In this document: in pieces, positions 26,440-40,859 of the stretch
Position numbering within the stretch: the first letter of the stretch is position 1
How the letters are laid out: each line of letters starts with the position of its first letter
Source of the DNA: the human T2T-CHM13v2.0 reference genome, Homo sapiens
DNA length: 64,000 bases
NCBI RefSeq assembly: GCF_009914755.1
Contig: NC_060927.1
Strand: one strand, 5' to 3'
Made by a program: the position numbers and the translations under genes
Notes under the pieces: model-generated
Databases searched by the model: none
What the model was told of the DNA's origin: nothing
What the model saw: only the letters and a program-made list of their open reading frames with translations

Positions 26440-26999
26440 AATACCATTGAGTCTTTAAAAAGCGGGAAATACACAGATAAACCTAAAAGGCATTATGCTA
26501 AGTAGAATAAGCCAGGAACAGAAAAACAAATACTGCATGAGCTCACTTACACATGGAATCTAAAAAAGTTGTGAACTTATTAATGCAGAGAGTAGAGTGG
26601 TGATTTTTCAGGGGGAAGAAGGTAGAGGGATGGAGAGATGTTGGTCAAAGAATACAAAACTTCAGTTAAGCAGGATAAATAATTTCTAGAGATGTATTAT
26701 AGGGCATGATGACTGTAGTTGATAATAATGCATTGTAGACTTGAATATTGCCAAGAGAGTAGATAAATGTTCTCACAACAAAAATGATAAGCATGTGAGG
26801 TTACAGATGTGTTACTAAGCTAATCATTTCACAATGTATACACACATCAAAACATCATGTTGTATAGTGTAAATATATACACATTTTATGTCAACTATAC
26901 CTTAATAAAAATCATTAAAAATTATAAAAGAAATTAAAAAATTAACTTGTGAGGAATAATACAGATTATAAAGTTCTTTTGAAAATGTCAATTTATGTA

Positions 27000-27085
27000 A
27001 GTTTCAAAACAATCCTGTGAGAAGAACTTACATACTTCACCTAAGTTACAGGTGAAGAAACCAAGACTCAGAAGTTTACATAAAG
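27000..27085 (-). mobile_element. MIR fragment
   Basis: 'aacaatcctgtgag...ttacaggtgaagaaaccaagactcagaag'. Confidence 0.6.
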
Positions 27086-27927
27086 AAAGTTTAAGGCAGA
27101 GGCAGGAATGAGTGTTAGTTAGGGGCAGTTTTACTTATTTCAGGGCCTTTGAAAACTCAGACAAGACCATACTTTAACACATACCTTGTCTCTTCTAAAT
27201 GTCAGCTGCCACTTGCCTTTTATGCCAATGGTTATTGTCACTGGTGACGTCTGAATTCACTTTCTCTAAGTGTTTGCTTACAGTTCCTGGTCTCCTCACC
27301 TGCCTGGAATTCACCAAAACTAAACCTGGGAACTCACACTGTGCTTGTCCTTACTTTGGATCATAGCTACAGCATTCTCACGGGCCCCTAAGGCTTCTTT
27401 TCCAGCCCTCAATGCCAACTCACAACCTATGGATGCCCAGCTGATCCTGTCTCACCTCCTCACAAATGAGGCTCTAATTCAAACCAGCTCACTCTGTGGT
27501 TGTTTGTTTTGCACCCTGAGCCACACCTCAGCAATTACAGGTAGGCATGGGAGGAAGAGATGGAAGGGCTCCCTGAAGTCTGAGTGTTTGTGGGCACAAA
27601 GCTAAATGTTCCCTTCAGCCCAACAATTAAAAGCCAGGCTCAAAACAGAGAGGCAAAGCCTCCTATGTGCCAAGCTACTTAGAAGAAAAATATAAATGCC
27701 AGCAGCCCAGACCGCCAGCAAGACTGCTGGAAGGTATGGGGACTTGCAGAATGAGGCTGCAGCATCATGATCTCCTGGAGACAGGACTGAGGCAGGCCAG
27801 GAACTGTGCAGGAGGGAGGGAGGGAGGGAGAGGAATGTGTCTCCCAACAGCATGTTTGAGAACAAGCAGTTATTTTCCCCAAAGCCATCTGTGAGACTCT
27901 CAACTTGTGCCTGAAAAATAAAAGGGC

Positions 27928-27957
27928 GAGACAGAGAGAGAGAGAGAGAGAGAGAGA
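27928..27957. repeat. (GA)n microsatellite
   Basis: gagacagagagagagagagagagagagaga. Confidence 0.9.
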
Positions 27958-28412
27958 AAAGTGAATTACTGGAAAAAATAGGTATCTCTTTGGGAGTTTG
28001 TGAGGGCAGCGAAAAGACTGTCTACCAGTCTGTTAGTCTTGGCAGCTGCATGTCTGTGAATCCGGCCATGGTCAGGGTTTCCAAGGCCCTACTTCTGGAA
28101 AATGCAGAAAGGGTTTAACCTGAAACGTGGACCGTAGATGGCTCTGGCGTGATCTAAGTCAGAGGGAACCGTGAGGTCCCTCAGCACAAGGGGTCACTCA
28201 GGTGATATTGTGACTAATTGCATTAAAGATTGTACAGGAACATGTCTCCAATTAGACAGAAGTCTCTCAGGAGGCAGGTTCCTACAAGGTTTTTTTTTTT
28301 TTTTTTTTTTTTGACTCTATCAATTACAGCCTGAGAAGTGTTTTAAACAGTACACGATGGATAAGAAATTCCTCATTGCCAAAGGAGAGGCCATTTGCCC
28401 AGCACTCTTCAT

Positions 28413-28426
28413 CCACCAGAGGGCAG
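28413..28426 (+). promoter_or_regulatory. CTCF consensus motif match
   Basis: CCACCAGAGGGCAG matches CCASYAGRKGGCRS at 14/14; binding not demonstrated. Confidence 0.5.
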
Positions 28427-28503
28427 ATGTTCTGGCTAAAGTGGCTGCTTCCTCCAAGCTACTTTGTATTTTACAAGAAATATGACTTTTTCTTCCTTAT
28501 GCC

Positions 28504-29008
28504 TGTAGACATTTAGGGATGTCTTTGGTTGCAAGTAGCAGAAATCTTGCTTCACAGTCGCTCAAACAAATACAAGTGTATTTTTCTCACATAACAAGAT
28601 TTTGGATCTAGATAGCAGCTGGCATTGGTTCAGTAGCTCAGTGGCATCAGGGCTAGTATCTCTGGAATTCTCTCACTTTCCCTCAGGCTTGTCTCTCTCA
28701 TAATCACAAGATGGCTGCTGCATCAGTGGGCACTATGCTCATGTTGAAGATAGGAAAAAAGTAGAAGGGCAGAGTCCCCTGTGTTAATCCCAAATTATCA
28801 GGACTGCAATTGTATCAGAATCTCCATCAGACCTCTGCATGTGCCCTACTGGTCAGATCTCCATCACACAGCCACACCTAGCATAAAGGGAGCCTAAGGA
28901 TGTGAGAACCTAACTGGACACCCTGTCAGTCAGAAAAAAATCAGAGTTCTATCAACTACAAAGAAGACGGAACTATTACTGGGGAGGAAACCAACAGTGT
29001 CTGCCACA
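28504..29008 (-). mobile_element. MLT1 (MLT1J/K/L-like) solo LTR
   Basis: 'tttggttgcaagtagcagaaa', 'tttttctcacataacaag', 'cacaagatggctgctgca', ends 'caacagtgtctgccaca'. Confidence 0.8.
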
Positions 29009-29009
29009 C

Positions 29010-29172
29010 CCTGTGCATAGCACTGATCAAATTGCATTGAAATATTCTGTTTCTTTCTCTCTCTTCTCTTTCGCCAGAATTAATAGCACTTGGCAGACAG
29101 AGACACCCAGTCATTCTTGTATTCCCAGCACATGGCACACACTGCCTGGCACAAAATAGACTTAATAAACAT
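29010..29172 (+). mobile_element. L2 3' end
   Basis: 'tgtattcccagcacatggcacacactgcctggcacaaaatagacttaataaac'. Confidence 0.7.
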
Positions 29173-29389
29173 AACTTAAGTTCAAAAAATATTGGCAGAA
29201 CTAAACTCCAAATAATAGTGAGGCAAAAGAATTGCATTTAGGTTCATTTGTGCCTACACATCTCCCTAAAGATAACAGGAGATATTGCTGGAAAAGAAAC
29301 ATAAGGTAATCAAAAGATAGGCACTCAGAAAATGAGTAGATGATGCTCTTTGGATGCACAAAGTTTCTAACACACACACTGAAATAGGT

Positions 29390-29600
29390 AATGATAATAA
29401 TAGCTACTGCTTTTTAAGTTCCTAGGAAAAATTAGATGTTCTGTAAATACTACCTCTGATCCTACTATCTTTATAAGTTACATATTATTTGCCTCATTTT
29501 AGAGAAACTGGGAAAGTGGCCCGAGGTCTAAGAGCTGGAAACAAACAGTAGAACCAGAATGTGAATCCAGGTGAGTCTATCTTTCTCCACTCTCCATCCT
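29390..29600 (-). mobile_element. MIR fragment
   Basis: 'ataataatagctac...cctcattttagagaaactg...tgtgaatccaggtgagtct'. Confidence 0.55.
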
Positions 29601-32363
29601 GCCTCCTGCGTGAGGGTGTCCAGTACTTTCATTTTACTCAAGGGAAACTGTAGTGCCGAGAGGTCATATGAGGACTCGCTCCAACTAGATAATAAGTTTC
29701 CTGTCTCCAAGGACATGTTTCTATCTTTATTCTCTGCCGCCCTCAACACCTCACTAAGCAGAGAAAGAGTGTACTGTGCTGTTGAAGCTACAATGGTATT
29801 GTTAGCTGTGCTGTGCTGTGTTAGCTGTGCTGTGCTGTTAGCTACAACAGTGTTGCTAAGTATGAGGAAAGGCTTACTGACAGCTGGCTTTCTTATCCAG
29901 ATCTATGATAAAACTATGGAGAAGAAGATGGAGCCAGAAGTGTACAAGCCCCTCCCTTCTCTGAATCCCATCCCATCCAGCAGAAGAGGCAAGTGTATGT
30001 GGTTTTGGAGCATTAGATGAAGCATCTTACAAATTTCCTGTAAACGTGTGTGATAAAATGTGAACAAAGATGAAACGGCTGCATTTTGATTCCTGGCTTC
30101 ATGTTGCCCACAATGGTCCACAAATGATTGGAGTTCCCTGGTCACCATCTTTCTCTCTAATTGATAAGTTGAGCTCTGTGCCAAGAGCTCAGTCAGGTAT
30201 GCCTCAGTGGAAAAATGTAATATTTCAATTCTGACTTACCTAAAGGCCAATATCACATGGCCTACAGTCTGTGGATGTGCCCAGTTGGTATCAATTGCAT
30301 TGCTTATGGCAAATACAATGCAGATGAGGTCCTTCATCAAGAAATCAGAACCTAATCCAATAAAACCTGCTCATGCAAGCAAAAGCAGTCTTGAGTATTT
30401 CAAGATGCCCAGGGGCTGAGAGACAACCCCATCCAAGGAGTGTTCATGGCGTTTGCACTCTTCTAAAACATTCACTTCTAAGAATATGTACAAAATAAGG
30501 GTGGAGTTGGACGTAGTGAAAAACCTCCGATAAGTCGCAGCAAACCAAAACTGGCTTTTAAGGATCTTGAGCTCAGCAGCAACATACACACTGAGGTCTT
30601 ATAATCCTTTGGATGGAATAAGGGAATTCTCCTTTATACGAAAAAAATATTTTGAGATATTCAGGCACAAACAGAGACTGTACATTTTGGCAGGAAACTC
30701 ATCTGGAATTTTAAAGCCAAAATTATAAGTTCGAAATGAGAGAAAAGAGAACCACAGTCAGGGTTGTCATAAATAGAATAATTTTATTCTTCATGTTTTC
30801 ACCAAAATAACAATCATACATTTCAACAGTGGGTTTTTTTTTCCATTGGTACCAAATGGATTATTCAGAACATCTCATTTTGATTTATTGAGAGCAAACA
30901 TAACAATTGTTCAAATTAGAGTACAGAGTTTAAATTAGGTAAACACTGGGAAGGAATCAAACAAAAACCTATTTTGTGCTAAGCTGGGAATCTCTTGTGT
31001 GTTGAGTAGTGGTGTCGCATGCAGTCCCAGGGCCCTTGGCTCCAAGTCCACACAGCCAGGCACTCCCTGGGCTGTGCCCAAGGCCTTGAGGGCAATGGCG
31101 TCTGGAGTCTCCCAGTTTTATTGTTGGTTTGCATAACTCTCGCAACCAACTCTAAACTAGAGGTATATCCTGAATTGGACCTCCTGGGAAATGAAGTGAT
31201 TACTTCCAAATTCACCAGTCAGAATCTCTGTAATCTGGAGCTCTTGGCTGTGGCCAGAAAAGAGCAGGGTGGGTGGAAGGTGGAAAGTCCTCCACTGAGC
31301 TCTGCCACTGGTTGCAAGTTATAGAATCAATATCATACAGAAGCAAAATGACCACCCTTGCATGAGTTACTAAGAGCACCCATATTATTCCAAAAAACAT
31401 GGTGGGTTGTGGAAATAGAGGATAGATGCTGGCCAAGCAATGCCTGCAGATGGGAAACTTCTAACCCACCCTTTGGGAGGCAATCTCATTCTTGATGAAG
31501 CCATTACAAATGCAACGACAGAAGATATTACAGTCACTGCAGTCACCACAACAGAGATCTTATGGGGAAAAATCAATATCTTAATTTCTTCTGGATTTTT
31601 TAATAGAAAAGTATTTTCTATTCCAAATATTAAACCTGAGCTTCAGGAGGAGTAACTAGACTAAGGTTTTTAGATCAGTACATGTAATAGAGGAACATTC
31701 TTGTTTGTAATAAGCTTGTTTCTTCCTTGTGTATTTGTTTTCACAGTAAGGGCTAAATTCTCCCCTCTCTGAAAAGTGAGAGAAGAAAACTACAAAAATA
31801 CAGTTGACAATTATAATAAAGTGTATACTTTTATATACTTTGATATATCAAAACCTATTAAAAATTTAAGGATAAAGGCATATTAAATGCTATGAAAAAA
31901 GTATACCTATTACTTTCATATGACACACTCTACACCTAACCTTGGGTGCACTAAACATTCTAATTCTGCATTCTTTATTCTGAGAAGTCTACTTCCTGAC
32001 TTGATACATTCACCTCCCTGGCAGGGTATCAGCAGAGGAAATGGAGTAGTAGAAACAGAAATACAAACTCCCATGCAGTTGAAAGCTGAGAAAGAGAAAC
32101 TGTGATATGTACTTTACAGGCCGGCTTTCTCTCCCCTAACTCAAAATTAGAGCAAAGGGAATGAAATTTGAGCAATCATAACTCACATTTCTATAGCTCC
32201 TGCAGTGTACAAAGAGCCTTTACACATGTGATCTCATTGAAACAGCAAAACATTCCACCTTCTGAACAATTTCTAGGGTCAGAAAGTATATGTGTAAAAC
32301 AGAAGGTGGCCTGTTCTTAAATAAGGATCTTCTTTATTGATAGTAGGTCAACACAAACATAGC

Positions 32364-32840
32364 TGAGTCCCTTAGGTTTGGGTTCCAGAAGCAGACTCTG
32401 ATGGAACAAAAAAAAATAATAAAGAGATAAAATGTGAACAAATGTGGGAGTGATTCACTCCTAACCAGGAAATTGGGACAGGGAAGGAAAAGCAGCCAAG
32501 CAAAGGCGGGATTTCAGGCAAAGTCCTAGCTTCAGCCTGATCCCCAAAGGGAATCTGGAATATAAGCCACACTTTAGAGTTTGTCCTGACCAGTAGCACA
32601 GGGGCTGGGCCTTCATATTCCTGAAGATACACTCATGGGCTAAGGGCTTAGGGGAATGGAGTGGAGTGATCGGGGAACACAAAATCCCGGACACTTCTGG
32701 CTGTCTGCACAGCTCCAGAAGAGTTGCAAGTGAGGACTGTTAGGAGAAAATCAAACAAACAAAAGAGGGGAAGCTCACAGACATAAACAGTAAAAGGGAT
32801 TTGAGGGAATCTGGGCAGAGTAATAGCACAGTCCACTGTG
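32364..32840 (-). mobile_element. ERVL-class solo LTR (LTR16/LTR41-like)
   Basis: 'gggttccagaagcagactctga...cagcctgatcccc...gggaatctgggcagag...cagtccact'. Confidence 0.65.
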
Positions 32841-33174
32841 GGTTTAGCTTTACAGAAAACAGACTTTGAAAAACAGAATATTAAGGCTACCAATTCAAAG
32901 CCCAATACCAAAACTACTGAAATGTTTGCAAAAAGAATGTCATGGTGTAAGTGTGAAAAGTAGTTGAAGGAGAAAGATCAAATGGACCCTTACTATATGG
33001 TTGTTCAAAGGTGGCTTAAAATATAAAATTCTATTGAGCAAATCACATGGCTCAATTAAGGCCAACACTAAATTAATTCTGACTGTTACTGACTAGCCAC
33101 AAAAGACGTAAGACAAATCTTTTCACATTACTGAGTCCCAAGCTGCTTTTTAAATGGAGGGATAGGAGATAAGG

Positions 33175-33375
33175 TTATAATAACAATTAACATGTATTTG
33201 TATATTTATACTGTGCCAGGTGCTAAGTGGTTAGCCTAGATGATCTCATTACAAGTTAGTGTTATAAATCTCCCCATTTCATAGGTCACACAAGCTAGTA
33301 AAGGGCAGAGCCATGGTTTAAACCTAAACATGTCAGTTTCAAAAACTGGGTGTTAAACTGTTCCAATACTGCTTC
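33175..33375 (-). mobile_element. MIR
   Basis: 'tactgtgccaggtgctaag...ggtcacacaagctagtaaagggcagagcc...tttaaacc'. Confidence 0.75.
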
Positions 33376-35349
33376 CCAGAGGGAATCCACGTCATTTATA
33401 GCTCTGGAATTCAACTGTTTGAACTCATGCCCTATGAGTTCACATGTGGCAGATGTAAGAAAAGAGGGACACAGAGTAAACAAAGACATTCATAGACAGG
33501 ATACTGTCTCCACATTGCACAACTCCTAGGGACACTGGTTACCACCTGCATCCGCCATCTAGGGTTTTGCATTGCTGGGATATTCAACAAGGCCCTGATT
33601 AAGCAAGTTTAGATGATTCCTGCCATCTCAATTCCTGATGATGTGCCTAACCAATATGTTGTAAACTTAGTTGGGTGGATTAGCTTTAGAAAAAGCTAAT
33701 TGAGATGTCAAGGCCTAAAGACCACATTTTCCTTTTTTTCTTTTTTTTTAAGCCTTTCTTTTCTATTGCAAGTTACTAAGGAATTTGCTGGCTGTCCAAG
33801 TAATTCTTAATATTTTTTAAATCCAAGGTTTTCCCTAACTTAGTGTGCTGCCTGTCTCCAATAACAAAGGCCTTCAGACCACACTAAACACAAATGTCAC
33901 CTTAAAAGCTTGTACCATTTATGATGGCAGTGAGGGGAGTAGGTTAAGGGTGAAAAGGTTTTCACCTCACACACACATCATACAGGAAACTTATTTATGT
34001 GTTAAGCACTACCCATGACTTTGGCCTAGATTTAAGGCCTGAAAATTAGCATAAAATTTGTGTTCTATTAAAGTACTTTTCAGACAGATTTGACTTTGTC
34101 AAAGAACTCAAAACATTTTAACATGAAGATTTATTCCCACATTCTTGGGATAGATCTCCATTATAGAAATTATCAAATTATTATTATCTGTTTATATAAA
34201 TTTATGAATGCTTCCTCTTGAAGGTAATCTCTTTGAGGACAGAAGCCATGACCTAGGTGTCTCTCTTTCCCCAGGTCTGGAATATGACAGCTACTCACTG
34301 TCAAGGAATTAATGAGTCTATAGTACTATGCAGCACTGAGCATGTTCTCCTATCTCCTCAAAGAAGAGAGAGAACCCTTACATTTACTTATCAGAGAACT
34401 GAGAAAATGAAACCACATTCTTCATGTGTGAAGAATCAAGTGACATTGTACCCTAGGGACTCAATAAGGCTACTCCATCTTGCAAAAAAAAAGATATCTT
34501 ACTAGAAATATTAAAATAAAATGTCAAGATGTGTATTAAACTCGGTTGGACCAGAAATGTATATTTTTTATTCAAGCATGAAAAGGATATGTATCCATCC
34601 AATGTGGTTTTCAGAGCCTATGTCCCCATGTAGGGGAAAAAATTCTCCCTCACCACTCGCCTCGAGACCCACCCTTAGAGCTTTATTTTTTTTAGCACAG
34701 TGTTTAGGGTGGAATGGAAATCCCTGTGGGATAGGAAACACTTTAACCTTTAACTGTAGTTATCAATCACTTATAATGTAATATGAATAAAAGCTCTCAG
34801 AGCAGAATTTTTATCAAAAGCACTGAGGATGTGAAAGTGTAGTTACACTTATATCAAGGATTATATAGTAAAATGAAAAAAGAGCAGAGTTTTTCTGAAG
34901 TCACATTTCACCTCTTCACTGACTTACTTTGGGCTGGCCTTGATTGGAACCAGGAGGCCATTCGTCTGTGGGCATCAGGACCAACCCTCCCCTCCAAAGC
35001 AGAAACTCAAAATACACTGCAGTCTTCAACCATTCTTTCTGTGGGCCCAATGCACAGCTGCTGTTGCTTCCTCCTCAGTCTGGGGAATCACCCAAAGATC
35101 ATTAGATTCAGAATGACTTGGCAAACCAAAATCTTAAGAGAGTGCAGTCGCGTGGCCCAGTCACTATTCCACAAGTCCTCGGTTGTGAGTCACAGTCAGA
35201 GTACTTCACAGACCTTAGCAAGTGATGTAATAATCTGGAGCCCGAGAATTGTGAAATCGAGGATTTGCCACCAATTAACCGTGTAACTGTAAGGCTTTGG
35301 TTTCCTTAAATGTTAAATATATATATATATATGAGGGGAGGGGAGATAC

Positions 35350-35900
<551 letters not shown>

Positions 35901-38900
35901 GACTAAGTGATCCCCAAAGGCCTCCAAGCATTAATATTCTAAAATTTTACTCTCTGATTCTTTTCTTCCCCCTTTAATCCTAATAAGGAGCTCCACATGA
36001 GATTCTGCATATCCAAACTCTTTGCAAACTTAAAAATACCAAAAAACTGTTAGCTATTATAACATGGGGGCAGGACCAGGGAGATGAAGCGTATCCTGTC
36101 AACACCCTGAGAACATGGGTAACAGTCTCCACTAGAAAATCTCTGACCTGCAATTATGTCTTTTTGTAATGTGCTTAATTACATACTTAGAAAATAAATT
36201 CTAGAATTCCAGCACAATTTTTGTTTAAGGAAATAAGAAAATCCTTTGTTTTGCATAAACGGTGTTACAACTAATTAAGGGAGAAATTAGCTGCCAGGTT
36301 ACATGAAAAGATAAGACCTGATTCCATGACATCTTCTTTGCATTCATGAGAAGCGAGCTGATGGTCTGCTGCCTGTGTGGTGTTTAGCTCAGCCTCCACT
36401 GACTGGGACTCATTAGCCAAGGGTTACAAAAAATGTAACCAATGCTTTTTCCAGATATTCCACCGCAAACCAAGTAAGACGGTGTCTGTCCCTTGCCTTG
36501 AAGGCCTGGGTCTGAGCCACTCACGATGCTCCCTCCAGCTCAGCCTGCGGCATGGGATTTTCATTAGATGGCGTTCCTTGTATTCAAGCAAGTCCTGCTG
36601 GGGTATAAATACCGCTCCTTTGTTTTTGGAGAAGTGAAGAAGGAGGTAAGCATGTTAATAAACAGCTATTCATTAACTTTTTAAATAATTTTAATGTTCA
36701 ATAAACTTCTTGTTCTAGTCTTGTTTTTCCTAAGAATAAATCAACATATATTCCAAGTGGCTTTGGGAAGTGGCTAAATATTGCCCATGCTTTTTCCCTT
36801 AGTGAAAGTTCCTCCCATTTTGTGATTTGAGAGGCTTATTCACAAGTAGCATTCACCAGAAGAGCCACAGAACTGCTGATGCTTGCAAGGCTCAGGATAA
36901 TGGGATATGAAATACAGACATTAGAGGCCCAAGTGAACACAAAAAGCCACACGCAGCCCAAGCCCAAGGTCTAAATTTCACTGTTCTGGAACTGCTATGG
37001 GCAGTCCCAAGGCCAGGGTGGGCAAAGGAGGCTCCTTCAATGTGGGATACCCTCCCCAGCTCTCCCCATTTTCCTCTTGGAGATACTCTGTTAGTTTAGA
37101 GAGCAATAGCAGATTCTCTGTCTCTGGATGGCTGCTGTTAAAATCTACAAGAGTTTCTTACCTTACATTTACTTATCAGATTAAACTGTCCTTTCAGAAG
37201 AACTAAGAAAATGAGACCACGTCTAAGGAGCATTATTATGGGGCATGAGATTGGATCCTGATAGGACCTGGGTGGCAGAGAGTGGCAAGGACTAGACACA
37301 AGGGCAGCCCACAGGATATTCACATTTCATGGGGCCTTGCCAACCAGAGCAGGAGTGAAGAAGTTAGAAGAGTATGTCAAAGAGAAATTCCAAAAGGGAA
37401 CTCTGAACAGGAAGGTGGCCAGCTTCACAGGGAAATAAGTGCTTCCCCAGCAAGCCCTGCCCAGCCCCCAAATCAAGCTCTAATGAGAGTTCTTCCAGTC
37501 CAAACAGTATCCACACTCTCAAGCAAGGAAACAAAAAGGGAAAACAGCAAACCTAAGTCACTTTAACAATATAGCTCTTCCATGTTCTGGACACAAGAAG
37601 GACAAGATTTTAGAGAGAATGACACAAAAGCACACATTTTCTCAACAATCAGAGGTTCCATATACCTGAACTGTTGCCAATTCAATTCAAGTAGAAGTTT
37701 ATGCCCCAGGGATAGTGACTTTGCTAGTGCCCAGAATAGAGTGGAAGGGCTCTGGTAAGAGAGAGGTGAAAATTAAAAGTGACAGTATCATGTTTTGGAA
37801 ACATCATTGTAAGGAAAATAATCAACAGGACAAATATACTGAGGATCCAGACACTTCTCTTAGTAAATTGGTTGAGAGAAAGGGAAATAAACAACTGAGC
37901 TGGGTAGCCTTGTTTTCCTCCCATTGAGACTGTCTCCTCAAATATCACACATCCATCCTCAGCAGTGACAACTCCAAACCTTGGTGGTTCTGTACTTTTG
38001 CCACAGACTTTATTCTTGAGAAGCCAAGAGCAGCAGAAAACCTAACTTTATGTTTTCCTTTTTGAAAGAGCCTTGAACTTCCTTCTCAGAAATTTACCAA
38101 ACAATGTAGAGTAGGCTTGGAGGTAGGTGGTTTTTTAAAAAAAAAAAAAAGAAAAAAGAAAAGAAAGAAAAAACAGACTTCTGAACATCCAGGATGATAT
38201 TCAGCCTGAACTGCAGTTAAATTTCAATAAATAAATACATAAAATATATCATCTAAAGACATTACTATTAGACCACCAGAAACCTTAAAGGAACCCAAAA
38301 TGTATAACCTTAGAGGAGACCCAAGGCCACTTAAAGAAGCCTCGTTTTACTGAACCACAGCATAGCTGATCGCTGATGCACCCTCAGAATTGCATATTTA
38401 TACTCTTGTCTGCTAGTAGAATAGGTGGCTGGGCTTTTGTTTTGTTTTGCTTTATCCAAGTGGAATGCATTTCTCTAGGAGCACAGCGTATCTTGGACCT
38501 GGGTCTGGATGGAGCCCAAGGAATGCAAGATCAGAGAGTGCCTGAAGTTACCAGATAATGGCCAAGAGGCAACGAAGCTTTTGATTCTGTAAAATAGAGA
38601 ATGGGACTAGACGAACTCTAAGTGTCTTCCAGCTTGAACATTCTGTGATTCTATGCTTCCACCCCACGTGCCATATTCATTGACAAACAAGGAAAATCCG
38701 ATCTGGACTGGTGGTGGTTTTTAAAACCTCACGATTCTATAAAATACCAGGAATATGTGATCATACCAGACATATTTAATATGTGTGTATTTCATCATTG
38801 CAGAGCCCTTCCCAAATGTTAAACTGGGGCTAGGGTTCAAGGGTATTTGAAAAAAATTTTTTTAAAAATCTGGCCTTTAGGTTTGTGCTATATTAATCTA

Positions 38901-39034
38901 TGGGAAAAACAGCAAAGATTCTTAGGGGGCTGTGATCCTGAGGGCTATAATCAGATATACACTAAAGAACTCTATGATGAAAAAAAAATCCTTGAGAGAA
39001 GGGTTTGGAAAGGGAGATCTGAATGGTCAGTGTC

Positions 39035-39378
39035 TGTAATGAACTAAATATGTATTCACCCGCCCCCATTCGTATGTTGAAATCCTAACCACCAAGGTGA
39101 TGGTAGGAGGTGGGGCCTTTGGGAGATGATTAGGTTATGAGGACAGATACCTTATGAATGGGATTAGTCCTCTTATAGAAGAGACCTCAGAGAGGTTCCT
39201 GACTCCTTCCACTATGTGAAGTTACACAGAGAAGACACATCTATGGAGAAGCAAGAATCTGTCAGCACCTTGATCTTAGACTTCCCAGCCTTCAGAACTG
39301 GGAGAAATAAATTCCTATTGTTTATAAGCCACCAATTATAGGAGTATTTTGTTACGGCAGCCTGAACAGACCAAGACA
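39035..39378 (+). mobile_element. MLT1A-like solo LTR
   Basis: 'attcgtatgttgaaatcctaacc...ggtggggcctttgggagatgattagg...gacttcccagccttcagaactgggagaaataaattc...gcagcctgaacagaccaagaca'. Confidence 0.9.
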
Positions 39379-39507
39379 GGCTTGAAGTTATGTCCAGCTA
39401 TTATTAAAGATCTTTTGGCTGAGCTAACAATATGTTAGAAAAACTAAAATGGTTTTGTTTGCAAAAACAAAACATATTTAGATAACAAGAACAAAAAATT
39501 ACATATT

Positions 39508-40410
39508 CATTTTTTAAACTGAGGTTTAGCTTAGATCCAGTAAAATTCACCCTTCTTAGTACACAGTTCTATGGGTTGACAAACACATATGATCATGTGT
39601 AACTAGCACCACAGTCAAGATAAAGAACAGTTCCACCATCCAAAAAAACTCCCCATGCCGGCCCCTGGCAGCCACCTACCTGTTCTGTCTCTACAGTTTT
39701 CCTTTGAAAGAAGGTCATTTACATGGGACAGTATTCAGCCTTTTAGACCTGGTGTTTTCATTAGCATAATACATCTGAGATACATCCATGTTATTGCATA
39801 TATCAATAGTTTGTCCTTTTTGTAGCTGTGTATTACACTATTGTATGACTTTATCACATTTGGGAAACATTTGGGCTATTTCCAGTTGTTGACAATTACA
39901 AATAAAGCCACTGTGAGCATCCCCATACAGGTTTTTGTGGGAATGTAAGTTTTCATTTGCCTATGGTAAATACTTAGGGAGGGACATTCCTAGGTTTGTA
40001 TGCTAAGTGTAAATTTAACTTTATAAGAAACTGCCAAATTGTTTCCTAAAGTGACCAAACCATTGGCATTCCCACCAACAATGTAAGAGGTCAAGTTCTT
40101 CTCCAGCCTCACCCACACTGGATATGAACAGTTTTCTCTTTAAGCTTTTCTAATAAGTGTGCATTGACATCTCATGTGGCTCTAATTTGCCTTTCCTTGC
40201 TAATTAATGATGTTGAGCATCATTTCATATGCTTATTTCCATCCCTTTATTTCTTTGGTAAAGTGTCTACTCAAATCTTTTGCCTACTTTTTATTGGGCT
40301 ATTTTACTATTGCCTTTCAAATGTTCTTTTGTATTCTGGACATAAGTTTCTTATCAGATATGTGATTTGAAAGTATTTCCTCCAGCCTATCCTTTTATTC
40401 CTCTAAGAGT
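39508..40410 (-). mobile_element. L1M (L1MC/L1ME-like) 3' end
   Basis: 'cagtaaaattcaccctt...acagttct', 'tttaactttataagaaactgccaaa', 'taatgatgttgagcatc'. Confidence 0.85.
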
Positions 40411-40859
40411 GAATGTTGAAGACCTATAGACCACTTTGAAGCCCACTTTTGAGAGTTGATAGAAAATGGAGAGACGGTGAAAGCCCATATCTCTCGTTTG
40501 CTCTCCATCTTCTCTGTGGAGAATGTTCTTCAGAATGGATATTGTGCTACAAACACAGCAGGAGGGAATTAAGTTTATTAAACGTATTAAAATTTACATA
40601 AGTGCCAAGAGAACATTTACATTCTCTAAACAAGCTCTATAATGCTATCAGGGAGAATTTTAATGTCTGTGGCTGAGAGAAATGCAAATGTGATGTGTGC
40701 CCATGAGGAAATGGGAAAACCAATAGAGGATCAGGAGTATTGCAGACCCACCAAATGTCTTTCTTATTCCAAAACAGAGAGAGAGAGATGGAAATAGCAC
40801 CCACCAAAGGACAGTGAGCTATCCTCACTCAGAAGAGGGAAACTAGTTTCTACTAGTAG

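Noticed and set aside
29571-30020. 149 aa ORF with a hydrophobic segment
   Set aside because: Starts at GTG within a MIR; the hydrophobic part derives from a short tandem duplication; no recognisable domain.
33553-33566. CTCF-like ACCCTAGATGGCGG on the minus strand
   Set aside because: Two mismatches in the CCA core start; too weak to call.
37162-37202. 41 nt minus-strand micro-exon candidate (ttttcttAG ... AAG|GTAAGA)
   Set aside because: Splice motifs alone, with no supporting frame or context; expected by chance at this scale.
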